NCBI GenBank assembly: GCA_951406725.2
Contig: OX597836.1
Coordinates: 25,234,001 to 25,298,000 of the forward strand
Length of the DNA: 64,000 nt
Source of the DNA: Octopus vulgaris
Taxonomy: Eukaryota
Reading direction: 5' to 3'
The notes beneath the pieces were generated by a model. The model was not told the origin of the DNA. It worked only from the letters and a program-made list of their open reading frames with translations, and did no database searches. Positions 12,261 to 24,696 of this stretch are shown here, piece after piece. The position numbers and the translations under genes were made by a program. Each line of letters begins with the position of its first letter. Positions within the stretch are counted from its first letter, which is position 1.

Positions 12261-12606
12261 ACTCTTTTACTTCTTTCAGTCATTTGACTGCAGCCATGCT
12301 GGAGCACCACCTTTATTCAAACAATTCGACCCAAGGACTTATTCTTTGTAAGCCTGGTGCTTATGGTCTCTGTTGCCAAACTGCTAAGTTACAGGGATGT
12401 AAACACACCAGCATCTGTTGTCAAGTGATGTTGGTGATGGTGGTGGTGGGGGGACAAACAAACAAGCACAACCAAATCCACTCACAAGGCTTTGGTTGGC
12501 CTGAGGCTATAGTAGAAGACACTTGCCCAAGGTGCCACGCAGTGGGACTGAACCCGGAACCATATGGTTGGTAAGCAAGCTACTTACCACACAGCCACTC
12601 TGTGCC
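12261..12606 (-). mobile_element. SINE family A
   Basis: Similar to 310-718. Confidence 0.85.
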
Positions 12607-12792
12607 TATATATATATATATACAAATTGAGATAGGGGTTGTAAATGCAACCCTCCATGGGATAACATATATCCAATATACTGCTAGTGAAGTACCCAAC
12701 AAGGTTAATACATAAATGTTAAGGATTGCGATGCAATCAATTCATTTACTGTATTATATGGGCAAAGGTAAAATGATTTACCACAATTACTA

Positions 12793-13279
12793 ATACAAGA
12801 TAAGAAAATGGAGAAATACATCTAAATCAAATATCAATTACCAGATAATACTCAATCACATACTTTATTAAACCACCACATAAGAGACTGTAGGGTTAAA
12901 CATAAAAAAGCAGAACAAATCAGTGTACATAAAGGAATGTACATAAAAAAGTGTACATAAAAAAGTAATGTTGTATAATAAGTAGAATATATATAAAAAA
13001 GAGAATATAAATATATGTAAATATAGATATAAGTATAGATTTAAATCTTAATCTATACTTATATTTATATTCTCTTTTTTATATATATTCTACTTATTAT
13101 ACAACATTACTCTTTTATGTACACTTTTTTATGTACATTCCTTTATGTACACTGATTTGTTCTGCTTTTTTATGTTTAACCCTACAGTCTCTTATGTAGT
13201 GGTTTAATAAAGTATGTGATTGAGTATTATCTGATAATTGATATTTGATTTAGATGTATTTCTCCATTTTCTTATCTTG

Positions 13280-13282
<3 letters not shown>
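12793..13282. repeat. Fold-back inverted repeat (~220-bp arms) in (TA)n
   Basis: tacaagataagaaaatggagaaatacatc pairs with gatgtatttctccattttcttatcttgta; nearly perfect. Confidence 0.95.
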
Positions 13283-13312
<30 letters not shown>

Positions 13313-14294
13313 GTAATGTACAATCTTAGTGTTTACATCTAAACAATTGAAAATTACATTCTCAAAATCATAAGGGGGCCTCAAATATATTGACTCAAAG
13401 TGTTCATTGTATCTAAATCTGACCCTGGTTCTACTGGAGTGGACATTTACATTTCAGTCTGTAATTGTCACATTTCTGACCCCCCCAATATCTGACCATG
13501 GTCCATGTAATAAGCTAGTTGGAATAAATACCTTGTCTTGGATCTTTTGGTTTTGAGTTCAAGTGTTGGCAGAATTGTTACAACCCCAGACAAAATGGTT
13601 AGCAGCATTTCTTCTAGTTTTATGTTCTGGGTTCAAATTCTGACAAAATCAACTTATCCTTTGACCCTTTTGGGTTTGATAAAATAATTACCAGTTAAGC
13701 ACAGGGTTGATGTAATTGAGTAGCCCCTGCCTCCCACTTAATTTCAGGCCTTGTCACTATAATAGAAAGGATTATTATTATAATTAACGTCGTCATCATC
13801 ATCATCATCATCATTATCATCATTACTTTGGCAGTACTTATAGTAATATTGTTATCAACACTGAGATTTTTTAAAATTTAGGATTGCAATGGTTACCAAC
13901 AGAAATGGATAATATAGTGGATGTTTTACATCCAGTATTCCACCCTTCCAGTCTCTGGGTTGCCTTCAGCTTATATTTCATTTAGCTATGGTTTAAATAA
14001 GTACCAGTAATATACTGGGCTTTGAATTTAGTTTAAGAAAAAAATATTTACTTGGTTCTATTGCTCATTCAGAAAAATAATTTTGATGTGATCAACCCTT
14101 GTCTATCTTGGTTAAGCAGACTTATGATCTACAATACTCCATCCTCGACCATCCTGTCTATTTTAGGTATAGAGCTTCCATATACAACTTGTTTTTCATT
14201 GTCCATGGCTCCTTGGGCAAGTATCTTTTGCTGCAGTCCTAGGCTAACCAATGCCTTGCTAGGGAATTAGATGAAAAATGTGCAGAAGCCTATC

Positions 14295-14339
<45 letters not shown>

Positions 14340-14780
14340 ACAAAATGATAAATAAAACATGCATATATACATACATATATGTACGTACCTACATCTATAT
14401 GTATATATATATATATATATATGGGTACAGGACATTTTTTTAAACAACGAAAAAACAGAGTAAAAGACATACAACACAAGGAATATTCCCCTTCTTCAGC
14501 TGCCCCTGCTTTGTCTACTCCGTGTTTCGAAGGTATATATATATATATATATATATAGATAGATATAAAGCAAGAAGAGTGATATGAATATCCAGGCAGA
14601 TAACACGTTACTCTATGTAAAGTGCCAAGGCCAGTTTGTTCCGATGGTCCGTTTTAAGGCATATTTCCGAAAAACTACCATCCGATGTTACGGTTTATTT
14701 CCTGGCTAATAAGAGTGTAAAATCATGATACTAATAATAAGGAAAACAAAGAATTTGAACATTTAAACTTTCAGAGTAAT

Positions 14781-14874
14781 TCTCCGACATGTGTTTCATT
14801 TTATATCAATTGCAAATAGCTGCATATTAATATGCAGAGACTTATGCATAATGTGTATGACCTCTTCAGGGTGA
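14781..14874 (-). ncRNA. Degenerate hammerhead ribozyme motif
   Basis: Reverse complement reads TCACC CTGAAGA...GAAAC ACAT GTC GGAGA. Stem I pairs 4 of 5; stem II is long and imperfect. Confidence 0.5.
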
Positions 14875-15310
14875 ATGAATGTCATTGTTCAAGGAGTAAT
14901 TCTCCCTATTATTAGTATGAATCGGGCTTAGTAGTGGTAATAGTAAGTCATGTTGGTCAATAATGTGTTGCTATTCACAAGTGATTGTTTGTGCAGTCTT
15001 TGTTGACAAATTTTACTGGACCGTTGGTTATAAATAACCGAGTGGTTATTTGTAGAACACTTCTCCTCTAATTTATTCTACTTTCCTTATAGTTTTGTGA
15101 TATTTTAAATAGATTTCAGACTTTGTTGTTCTATTTAAATTGTGATGGAAATAGTCGTGGGTGATTACAGGTCAGTGGGCACCATGTGGTTAATAAAATG
15201 AAATAGTTAATTGTAAATTTTATAAACTTTTTCAATTTCATTACTATTATTGTTCTAAAGAGTTAGATGCCTAGAATTACATGGTTCTTGCATTCTATTA
15301 TTTGTATTTT
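14875..15310 (-). mobile_element. Possible decayed Penelope-like ORF end upstream of a hammerhead
   Basis: Weak resemblance to a GIY-YIG C-terminal region; lies immediately 5' of the 14781-14874 hammerhead motif. Confidence 0.3.
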
Positions 15311-15324
15311 TAGAATATTGGGTT

Positions 15325-15528
15325 GGGGGACAAATGCAGACACAAACACACACACACACACATATACAATGGGCTTCTTTCAGTTTCCGTCTACCAAATC
15401 CACTCACAAAGCTTTGGTCAGCCCAAGGCTATAGTAGAAGACACTTGCCCAAGATGCCATACAGTGAGACAGAACCCAGAACCATGTGGTTGGTAAGCAA
15501 GTTACTTACCACACAGCCATTCCTCCTA
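15325..15528 (-). mobile_element. SINE family A, 5' half
   Basis: Similar to 310-718. Confidence 0.8.
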
Positions 15529-16779
15529 TTAGAGATTCTTCAGACAGAGAATCAAATAATATATCGGTATATGTATTAATTAAACTTTTACAAGAAGAAA
15601 ATTAATAGTGACATTGAAGTTTCAACCTGCCTTCCTTAATGGGACTGTGTACTCTACTAAGAATGTACTCCACTAAAAAAGTATTGAGCAATTCTTCTGT
15701 TTAATACTAAATTGTTTTTATATATAACTTGACATGAAAACGTTTCTATATCTATATATGTATGTGTGTTTACCTTCAGCATGACATTGTTTGACTAAAA
15801 TGATATGTTATTCACATCCTCTGTGAAAATATATATATATGTGCAGTGCAATTTAAATCTTAAATTGTGTCTGGAAAACTCACAAGTGTATTTCCATTCA
15901 TGTATTGTAATTGTAGTTTTTGTTAAGCAATCTGGGTTTGAGCGTTAGACATAGTATACGTGGGAAACAAGAACAATAGAACAATAAAACATGGGAGGAT
16001 ATTGTGTTTTAAACCATTTTACCTCAGTTTCACATTAACACAAAGTGATTATTAATAGCATAATGCAAATCCCATTACAGGCATTCTTCTCTCTCTCTCA
16101 TTTTCTCTCTCTTTCATTGGAGTAGCCGTGTACCTCTTCTGCTGCAAGACACCTGTTTCTGTCCCTCTGTTCATACCCTAACCTCTCATCAATTGGCACA
16201 AATTGAAACCTTACCCCCCCCATGCTACTCCCACCTTGCAGTTGAAGTTGGGGGTATTTTGCAAGTTACTTGTTGACCTCACTGCTGCTGATGCCTCATA
16301 AAAAGCACCAAGTACACTCTGTAGAGTGGTTGGCATCAGGAAGAACATCCAGCTGTAGATACTATGCCAAAGCAGACAGTAGAGCTCTGGTGCAGTCTTC
16401 TGGGTGCAAAAGCAACAGATGCCGAAATGGTATCATTGGAAACCAGTATTTTGTTTATACACCATGACTATATACTCCAGACAGGCAGATTTCACCTTGT
16501 TTTGGAAATGATATGGTTACACGACATTGAGGAATACCGGAAATGGTGAAATATGCATTGCATCTGTTACTCTTGCAGTTGTGTGCAGTGTGTTTTCAAT
16601 TCTTACTTTTTAATACAAAATGTCTATAAAGGGATTGTTTCCTTGATGAAGTCTTCAGCTTCTGGACTTTTAACAATACACATACGTTAACTCTCTCTCT
16701 TTCTCTTTCCCTCTCTACTATGTAATGTGGCGATTTAGTTTACTTAAATTTTCTAACTTTCCTCTCTCTTTGTTTAAAA

Positions 16780-16857
16780 TCACCTGAAGACGGCAGATTT
16801 TTGTCATGATGTATTCTAAGAATTCATCAAAAACTGCTGTTGTAACAGCTGTTGTGA
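16780..16857 (+). ncRNA. Degenerate hammerhead ribozyme motif
   Basis: TCAC CTGAAGA CGGCAG...CTGCTG tt GTAAC AGCT GTT GTGA. All three stems are present; GAAA is mutated to GTAA. Confidence 0.55.
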
Positions 16858-16900
16858 ATTTTATACCCCATTTCTGTTGTTCTTTGCTATATATATGTCT

Positions 16901-16939
<39 letters not shown>

Positions 16940-17480
16940 TACTCGCAATGTTTCATCAAAAAGGAAAACTATAATCATCACTAAATGTGACTAGGGTGTT
17001 AGGAACACCTACATTGCTAGAAATAAGAGCTAAAAAGCTCTAATGCTGTAGTCAAAGCACATAATTGTATACATATACACTGACAGGGCCTGTAACTGTC
17101 TGAAAACATCATGATGGATCAATGCTAGATGTGTTGAAACAATTGTAGTGATTAATAAAAATTCTTGTTTCTTCCATCTACCATATATATATGTATGTTT
17201 GTATATATTTGATTGAAAGGCATTTATATAAAGAATGCAGCATATCAAAATATTCTTACTTTGACTATTCATGTTTCATTAATATTTCTAGTTTAACAAC
17301 ACATCAAATATTGATCTGCATGGGATTGCCTGATGATTTGGGAGATTATTGTATTGTAATGTATTGCATAGTCTTATAAATGTTGCACCCCTTACAGAAC
17401 TGAATGTATAATGCTATGTTAGAATAAAATCTCTTAATGAAACATCATAGTGAGACTATATAATCTATTTATCTGTTTTC

Positions 17481-17509
<29 letters not shown>

Positions 17510-17521
<12 letters not shown>

Positions 17522-17775
17522 TTAGAGACAAAACCACTATTTTGCAAATCAAACAAGGAAAGACTTAATCAATACATAAAAAAATTTTAATATAAAGTAA
17601 ATAACTTTAAAATTGGATAGAAGATATGAAATCCACCTGATGAATGTCATTTGAAGACAGGAAACAATTGTAGTGGCGATTTATTTACTTTATATTAAAA
17701 TTTTTTTATGCATTGATTAAGTCTTTCCTTGTTTGATTTGCAAAATAGTGGTTTTGTCTCTAATTAATATTATAT
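17510..17775. repeat. Fold-back inverted repeat (~95-bp arms) enclosing a hammerhead
   Basis: attagagacaaaaccactattttgcaaatc pairs with gatttgcaaaatagtggttttgtctctaat. Confidence 0.95.
17633..17676 (+). ncRNA. Minimal type-I hammerhead ribozyme (Penelope-like)
   Basis: CCAC CTGATGA a TGTC-atttgaa-GACA g GAAAC AATT GTA GTGG: intact core, stems I-III, palindromic stem III ACAATTGT. Predicted cleavage after 17672. Confidence 0.8.
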
Positions 17776-17853
17776 AATATTTTACTATAAAATTGGATTC
17801 AATCCTAAATCTGATTTTTCCCTGTAAATTTGGATTTATTCCCTAATATTTAT

Positions 17854-17903
<50 letters not shown>

Positions 17904-18051
17904 ATATATGTGCGTATGTGTGTGTGTGTATATATATATTTTCAGACACACACACACACACTCTGGTCGCTTATTTGATAGTGAAATGTGTATAGAGGAA
18001 TTGTGAGTGCCAATGTAACTATCTTTTTTTACCATTTTGTTTCCATTTTAG

Positions 18052-18108
18052 ATTTGTCAACCTTGCGTACTGCGTCAATAGTCAGTCTGACTCGTTTGAT
18101 GATGTCAG
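18052..18108 (+). CDS. Neurabin-like gene small internal exon
   Basis: ttttgtttccattttag|A...GTCAG|gtagtg. 57 nt, phase 2-2, open: FVNLAYCVNSQSDSFDDV. Not in the ORF track. Confidence 0.65.
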
Positions 18109-18176
18109 GTAGTGTTCATGAGCACCTGTGAATCTGTTGTTAATATACATCTGTCCATTCATGAATGTTTACATAC

Positions 18177-18213
<37 letters not shown>

Positions 18214-18308
18214 GAGAGAGAGAGAGAGAGAATGAAGTGGTGTACAGATATTGTATGTTGAGAAAAAAGTGGCAGTCAGAATTTTAGATAATTATATAAA
18301 CGTATATA

Positions 18309-18357
<49 letters not shown>

Positions 18358-18484
18358 ATGTATGTACATGCATACACATGTGTATATATATGTGTATGCA
18401 TATACATATGTGTGTATATGTATATATATATATATAATATGTCTGTGTGTATGCACATATATATATGTATATATGTGTATGCAT

Positions 18485-18548
<64 letters not shown>

Positions 18549-18671
18549 TGTATGTATGTATATGTGTGTATGCATATATTTATTATTAATAAATTTCAGG
18601 GTGGCAAAAAATTATTTAGAAATGGCCTAGTGCATAGAAAAACTAGTCAATAGACTATATATTATTCATAT

Positions 18672-18842
18672 AAATACAGTGTACGTTTAAACACATAAGA
18701 GATTGCGATAAAAGGACTTCTAACCCACTAGAAGGAGTAGTGGTTTGGATCTTAACTACTCCTTCTAGCGGGTAAGATGTCCTATTATGGCCATCCCTTA
18801 TGTGTTTAGGGTTAGGTTAGTGTTTAAATGTACACTATTTAT
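18672..18842. mobile_element. Palindromic MITE-like element
   Basis: agtgtacgtttaaacac pairs with gtgtttaaatgtacact; inner ctagaaggagtagt pairs with actactccttctag; contains tagggttaggttag. Confidence 0.6.
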
Positions 18843-19872
18843 ATGTGTATACATATATAAATGTGTGTGTGTGTATGTACGTGTATGCATATGTGTGTAT
18901 GTATGTATGTGTGTGCATGTATATGTATGTGTTTAAATGTGTGTGTATGTATGTACATATGTTGTATGTTCTCCATTTCAGGTTATTTTCCTTGCATGCC
19001 CATCACATACAAGTGCATCATTCTTTAGATTTCACATAGTTTGACTCTTGTTTCTTTCTGTTTTCTTAATCTGCACCTTGTATGAAATATCCTCTTTTCC
19101 TTTTTCACCATTACTTTTCGTCTTTACTAATCAATCACAAGTCTATATACTTAAAATATTCAGGTTTTAAGTTGTGTATGTATATATATATGTATGTATT
19201 TATATAAATTAAAGTATGCAGTATTAAAGATCCATTTCAGCTGATCTTAACAATTGGTATACCTGTTATCTCTGAAGAGCAGGTGGTGTTAGTTAACCAC
19301 CCTATTATCTAATACCCAACATGAAACTAATTGGTAAGATTGGCTGAGATGGATTTGTTATACTGTAGATTTTGATTAAATTACTCTGTTGATAAGTACA
19401 CAAGTGTATATTCTTTCTGACTTACAGATACTGTATTTATTTGTATTTATATAGATATCGTTGCTATTATGTTAAATTGTCGTATGTCCAAATTTGGCCA
19501 AATGTTTTTTTTTTTTTTAAATATTTACTTGTGCTGGCAATAGCCGGTTCCTTTGGTCAAACTATCATATCTGCAGCTGCTTCAGATGCCAAGATATCAA
19601 AAATTGTCAAAGTGTAGTGTGATACCTTTTGCTACAGAATGGTGAAACGATTTTTTTCATTTTCTGAAAAAGCAATGTTTTGGACTTATGACACTTCTGC
19701 ATAACAGCAACGATATATAGTTGTGTGTGTGTGTGTGTGTATACACACACATGAACTGGTATTAAATGGTGATGACATATTTATGAATGTATATTTTATA
19801 TTTTTACTGGTTCTTGTTAATTTGTTATATCCATGCTGAGGTATCACTTCATGTGTGTGTCTGTATATTATG

Positions 19873-20375
19873 TGGTTGGACAAAATAATGGAAACACCTC
19901 AAAATTTCAAATTTATTTTAATATGAGGTAGGACCACCTTTGGCAGTAATTACAGCTTGAATTCTATGGGGTATGGACTCGTACACAGTTTGAATTGTTT
20001 CCAAAGGAATTTTTGTCTATTCTTCAGCTAAGACAGTCTCCAGCTCTTGTAGTGATGATGGTGGAGGATATCAACTCCTTAATTGTTTTTCTAAAATGCA
20101 CCATAAATGTTGAATAATATTGAGTTCTGGGGACTGTGGTGACCAGATAAGATGTTCAACTTCACTAGAATGTTCCTCGTGCCATTCAGTTACAACTTTA
20201 GCTGTGTGAATTGGTGCATTATCATCCTGAAAGACTGCGTTTCCCTCCGGAAACAGTTCCTCAAACATAGGATGAATTTGATCAGATAAAATGCTTAAAT
20301 AGTCTTGACTATTAATTCTACCATGAAGGGAAACCATTGGGCTGTCAGATTTCCAAGATGTAGACATCCCCCCCA
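19873..20375 (-). mobile_element. Tc1-like 3' fragment, same family as 51346-52500
   Basis: FQDDNAPIHTAK and WSPQSPELNII motifs; same terminal sequence ggttggacaaaataatggaaac. Confidence 0.9.
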
Positions 20376-20715
20376 TCAATAAGCCCCAGCCTTGGAAAAC
20401 AATTCCTCATGTAGGTGTCCATGTGTAAACATGTATTTATGCACACGTTTCATTTCATGATGCATATTCATATTTAGGTAATGTTTGTATGGTTAAATTA
20501 ATTGCTCTAATTACTCATTAATTTGTGTGTATACATCATCATCATCATCATTTAATGTCCGCTTTCCATGCTAGCATGGGTTGGACGTTCGTTGTATTAA
20601 AGAGCAAAACAAATAGATTTATATAGTGGTTGTGTATGTATGCATGTATTTATATATATATATATATATATATATCATCATCATTTAACATGGATAATGA
20701 GTGTTAAATGATGAT

Positions 20716-20748
<33 letters not shown>

Positions 20749-20923
20749 CACACTCATGCATACATAAGCACTATACAAATCTATCTCATTTGCTCATCAT
20801 TGTATCATTGGGTTTGTTTTCTTTCTGTTTACCTGTCTGTCTCCTTATCTCTCTTCGTCCCTTTCCATCTCCCTCATTCTCTCACATGCTCTCTCTCTCT
20901 TTCACTCTCATTTCAAACTACAG

Positions 20924-21135
20924 AAGAGACAGCCACTCCGATACATCTTCGTCAATGTCACAGACATCATATGACCCCTCAAAACCCGTGTTCAAGGACC
21001 TCAACTCAGAGATCCCTGACAGTTCGGTGCCCAGCACTGAGACCACAGATACCTTGGATGCAGTGAATTCTTCAAAGGAAACTGTTACCTTGGTCTCTAG
21101 CAGACCCCTTTCAGGGGATAGAATTAATTCAGAAG
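20924..21135 (+). CDS. Neurabin-like gene internal exon
   Basis: Long pyrimidine tract, tacag|A (NAGNAG), donor GAAG|gttagt. 212 nt, phase 2-1: RDSHSDTSSSMSQTSYDPSKPVFKDLNSEIP...LVSSRPLSGDRINSE. Confidence 0.85.
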
Positions 21136-22929
21136 GTTAGTGCTAATTTTGTTGTTTGTTGCTATTGTTGCTGTTGTTGTTGTTGTTCATTATTTAACGT
21201 TCACATATAATTATTTGCTTTTCTCTCTTCATGGTGTCTGATAGGAAGTGGAATCATAACGTCTTTGTGTACCTTGTGATATAAATGGGTGCCTCTCCTG
21301 CAGTCATCCCCCAATGGGAATTAACAATCTGTGTTTTTCCCCCCCATTCACTAATTCCTCTCCCCCACATCAACCTCGGTTACATTCATCCCCACTGTCA
21401 CTGCTGTGGATTACTGGAATGATGATCCTGTTAAGAAGCTTGGGAACTGCTTTAAACCAGACCTGTGATTGGATAGGTTATGGGCAGAGTGGCCAATTAT
21501 CAGCATCGTCATCGTCGTCATCGTTTAATGTCTGCTTTCCATGTTCCATGGGTTTGACAGTTTGACAGGAGCCGGCCAGGTAGAAGACTACACCAAGCAT
21601 CTGTGTCTGTTTTGGCAGGGTTTTCACAGCTGGATGCCCTTCCTAATGCCAACCACCCCACAGAGTGGGCTCAGTACTTTTTACATGGCACCAGCACAGG
21701 TGAGGTCAGTTTTGGCTTGGTTTTTTTTTACAGCAGGATGCTCTTTCAAGTGCCAACCACTTCACAGTGTGGACTGAATGCTCTTCACTTGGCACCAGCA
21801 CTGGCAGGGTCACCAAGTAACTCACAAGACAAGGAATTTTGAGAGGGGAGGGGGGCATTTGAGGTGGTGATCTTCTGTCAGATGATGAAAGATTAGAGTG
21901 TGACAGAGACACAGAGATAGGCTGAGAGAAAACCACCTCTGAAAGGCCTCCTTCATCCCTTCCTTCATTTATTACTGATTGACCATTGTGCTTTACCCAA
22001 GTTTTCGTCTGACCATATGGTTGTAGTGTGATCTTTTGCTTCTTGTGGAAACTACGCATTCCACCAGTCAGAAGACCCATCTGCTGCCAAAAGCCTTTCC
22101 ATGTAGGGCCTAGCATGATGTATCTGATGATGTGCAGGCATGCACCGCAGTTGCAGTATCTGCAGAGACTTTTTGATGGTGAGTAAGCATAGTTGTTGTA
22201 TATCAGGTATGTTTCCCTCACCCCACAGCTTGTCTTTTTATCAGAGCTGCAGTCCTGAGTCGAGTGAAAGACCAAGCCCTTGGGTGACTGGCATCTGGAA
22301 AGTTGTCTGGTGCATATTGGACCCTATCATTTGGGCAGTGCAGTTGGTAACATGTCAACCATTTCAATCTGTAGAGTGATAGTGCTCTCCTCAAACTGAA
22401 GAAAGATGACATTGGGTTCATTAGCACAGGTGGCCCTGCAAGGGCTATGGGCTTTCACCATTTGCTTTAGACTAAATATCAATTCCTAACAATGAATCCC
22501 ATACCCTATTCAAGACACCAGTTAATGTTGCTATGCTGTTGTTGTTGTTGCTTTATTCTTTCTTATGTTTTCAAGTGTTCAATGTTGTTGCATCTAATGT
22601 TGTTGAATTTTATTGTTGCATGTATTCAGTGGAGCATGAAACACTGGAGAAGAATGTGGTTGAATTGGATGGAGAAAACTAAACAGAAAATTGTGACCAT
22701 AGTTCAAGGAATAACAACTTTGAAGATTTATTTATTCTCCGACGGCCTCGCACAATGATAGTGTTATCTTTGTATATTTTCCACCCTGCTTTGCATGTAT
22801 GCAGGTGGCCACCTCCATGACATAGTGTGAGGTGTACATATTGTGCAGACTGCAATATGTATATATATAATTAATATAGGCATCCATATGCAATGTATTA
22901 CCAGAAAGGAAAACTATGATTGTCACTAA

Positions 22930-23172
22930 ACAAGACAAGGGTGTTAGAACATTTACATTACTAGAAATAAGAGCTAAAAAGCTCTAATGCAAGTGGTCCC
23001 TACTGATGAGGCTATGGAATTAGCTGGTCAGTGTAGGGAATTACACGACTGGTGTTTTTGGGTGATTATAGTCCCTGTCAGTACATTTGTATACAGTTAT
23101 GTGCTTTAACTACAGCATTAGAGCTTTTTAGCTCTTATTTCTAGCAATGTAGATGTTCTAAAACCCTAGTCA
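22930..23172. repeat. Fold-back inverted repeat; same family as ~16960-17090
   Basis: ctagaaataagagctaaaaagctctaatgc pairs with gcattagagctttttagctcttatttctag. Confidence 0.85.
22998..23038 (+). ncRNA. Hammerhead remnant lacking GAAAC
   Basis: CCCTA CTGATGA GGCTA-tggaat-TAGCT GGTC AGTG TAGGG, at the centre of a fold-back. Confidence 0.4.
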
Positions 23173-23261
23173 TATATATATATATAGATTCAAATGAATA
23201 CGGTACTTAGATGCACCAGAATTTTTTTATGGTATTACCCATAAAATTATGTGGGGTGATC

Positions 23262-23348
23262 ATAACCAAAAAATAAGCAACAATGGATCGGTAATTTAGT
23301 ACAATTGTACTAAATTACCGATCCATTCTTGTTGCTTATTTTTTTTGT

Positions 23349-23351
<3 letters not shown>
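23262..23351. repeat. Spacerless palindrome
   Basis: aatggatcggtaatttagtACAA|TTGTactaaattaccgatccatt. Confidence 0.95.
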
Positions 23352-23380
<29 letters not shown>

Positions 23381-23771
23381 CTATGTGTTTGTTTAAAGAA
23401 AGGAATGGTCTGTTTGGCTACCATACAGGACAGCCAGTGCACAATGCAGCAGATTCCTTTCTCCTTAACAATATAAGACTGTCTCTGAAATAGTTTTGGA
23501 GACTGTCTAATTGGAAATACTATCAATGCCATCACTGCACCAGTCAGTGTTGTGCCTGAGGTTTTAGCTTTTGAGAAGCTGGTGTCATAGTAATGGCATT
23601 ATCAAGGCATTATCAAATGCCAATCCCAGATGAAGTGGATAAAGGAAAAGAATTGTGTTTCCTCTAAGAAGAAATAACTGACTCATACTTAAAGTATATC
23701 TGCATGTGATGGAAGCAGGAAGTCATTTTGTCTAACTTTTTCACATTATTTTAAATTATTATTATTATTAT

Positions 23772-24137
23772 TGAGTGAGAGAGCAGTGCATGCCATCAAA
23801 GTGACACTGGGATAAAATATACAAAGCCCAATATACCCAACATGACTACCAGTCTGATAAGGGTGCACTAGGCACATGCATCACAAACATATGTGCACAA
23901 CATGGTGATCTTCTATCAAGATATACGGTGCATGCCCTTGCAGTTGGGGCCCAGTTAGAATTTTCTTCAGGTCGAGTAGCCCATCCTGCTCAAAAGGTCC
24001 CTGAATAAGGGTTGTTTAAGGATGTTGAAGGAACCACCTATGTTTCCAGAGGTGAATTAGTCCAACCCCAAAGAATCCCTCTCAACACATGGCTATGATG
24101 CTCCCCCACTACTTCTGCTCGTGATCAGAGATGCACA
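23772..24137 (-). mobile_element. Retroposon 3' end with (AAT)n tail; other copies at 58576-58777 (+) and ~8567-8625
   Basis: Shared ccagtgtcactttgatggcatg..ctgctctctcactcaataat. Confidence 0.75.
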
Positions 24138-24696
24138 TTATTATTATTATTATTATTTTTGCCTGAGATGCTTTATATATGTAATAATTTAATTACGTGT
24201 CTGTAAATAGATATTAATCAATGTATTTTGTTAAAATTAATCATTAAGTCGCTTTTTAAAATTTTTATTACTTTCTAATTTTAATTTGTGCTTTTTTTAG
24301 ACAAACATAAATCACCTGAAATTGTAGTCTACCCTCATAGTCTGAAGTAGCTTTTGCATGCAAACTGGAAATGCTTCACTTTATATAGTCATCTCAACTT
24401 TTTTCTAATCCTCTCACCAATACACACACACACACACACACATATACAATGTGTGTGTGTGTGTGTGTGTCTGTGTTTGTCCTCCCACCACTGCTTGACA
24501 ACCAGTGTTGGTGTGTTTACATCCCTGTAACTTAGCAGTTTGGCAAAAGAGATCGATAGGATAAGTACCAGGCTTAAAAACAAAAGTGCTGGGGGTCGAT
24601 TCCTGCGACTAAAATTCTTCAAGGCAGTGCCCCAGCATGGCCACAGTCTAATGACTAAAACAAATAAGAGTTAAAAGATTAATATACTTTTTATAA

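Noticed and set aside
18806-18820. Telomeric repeat
   Set aside because: Only about two degenerate units inside a MITE.
21706-22427. 189-aa and adjacent minus-strand ORFs as a nested gene
   Set aside because: Run into a retroposon tail and have no convincing splice structure; probably decayed LINE sequence that I could not classify.
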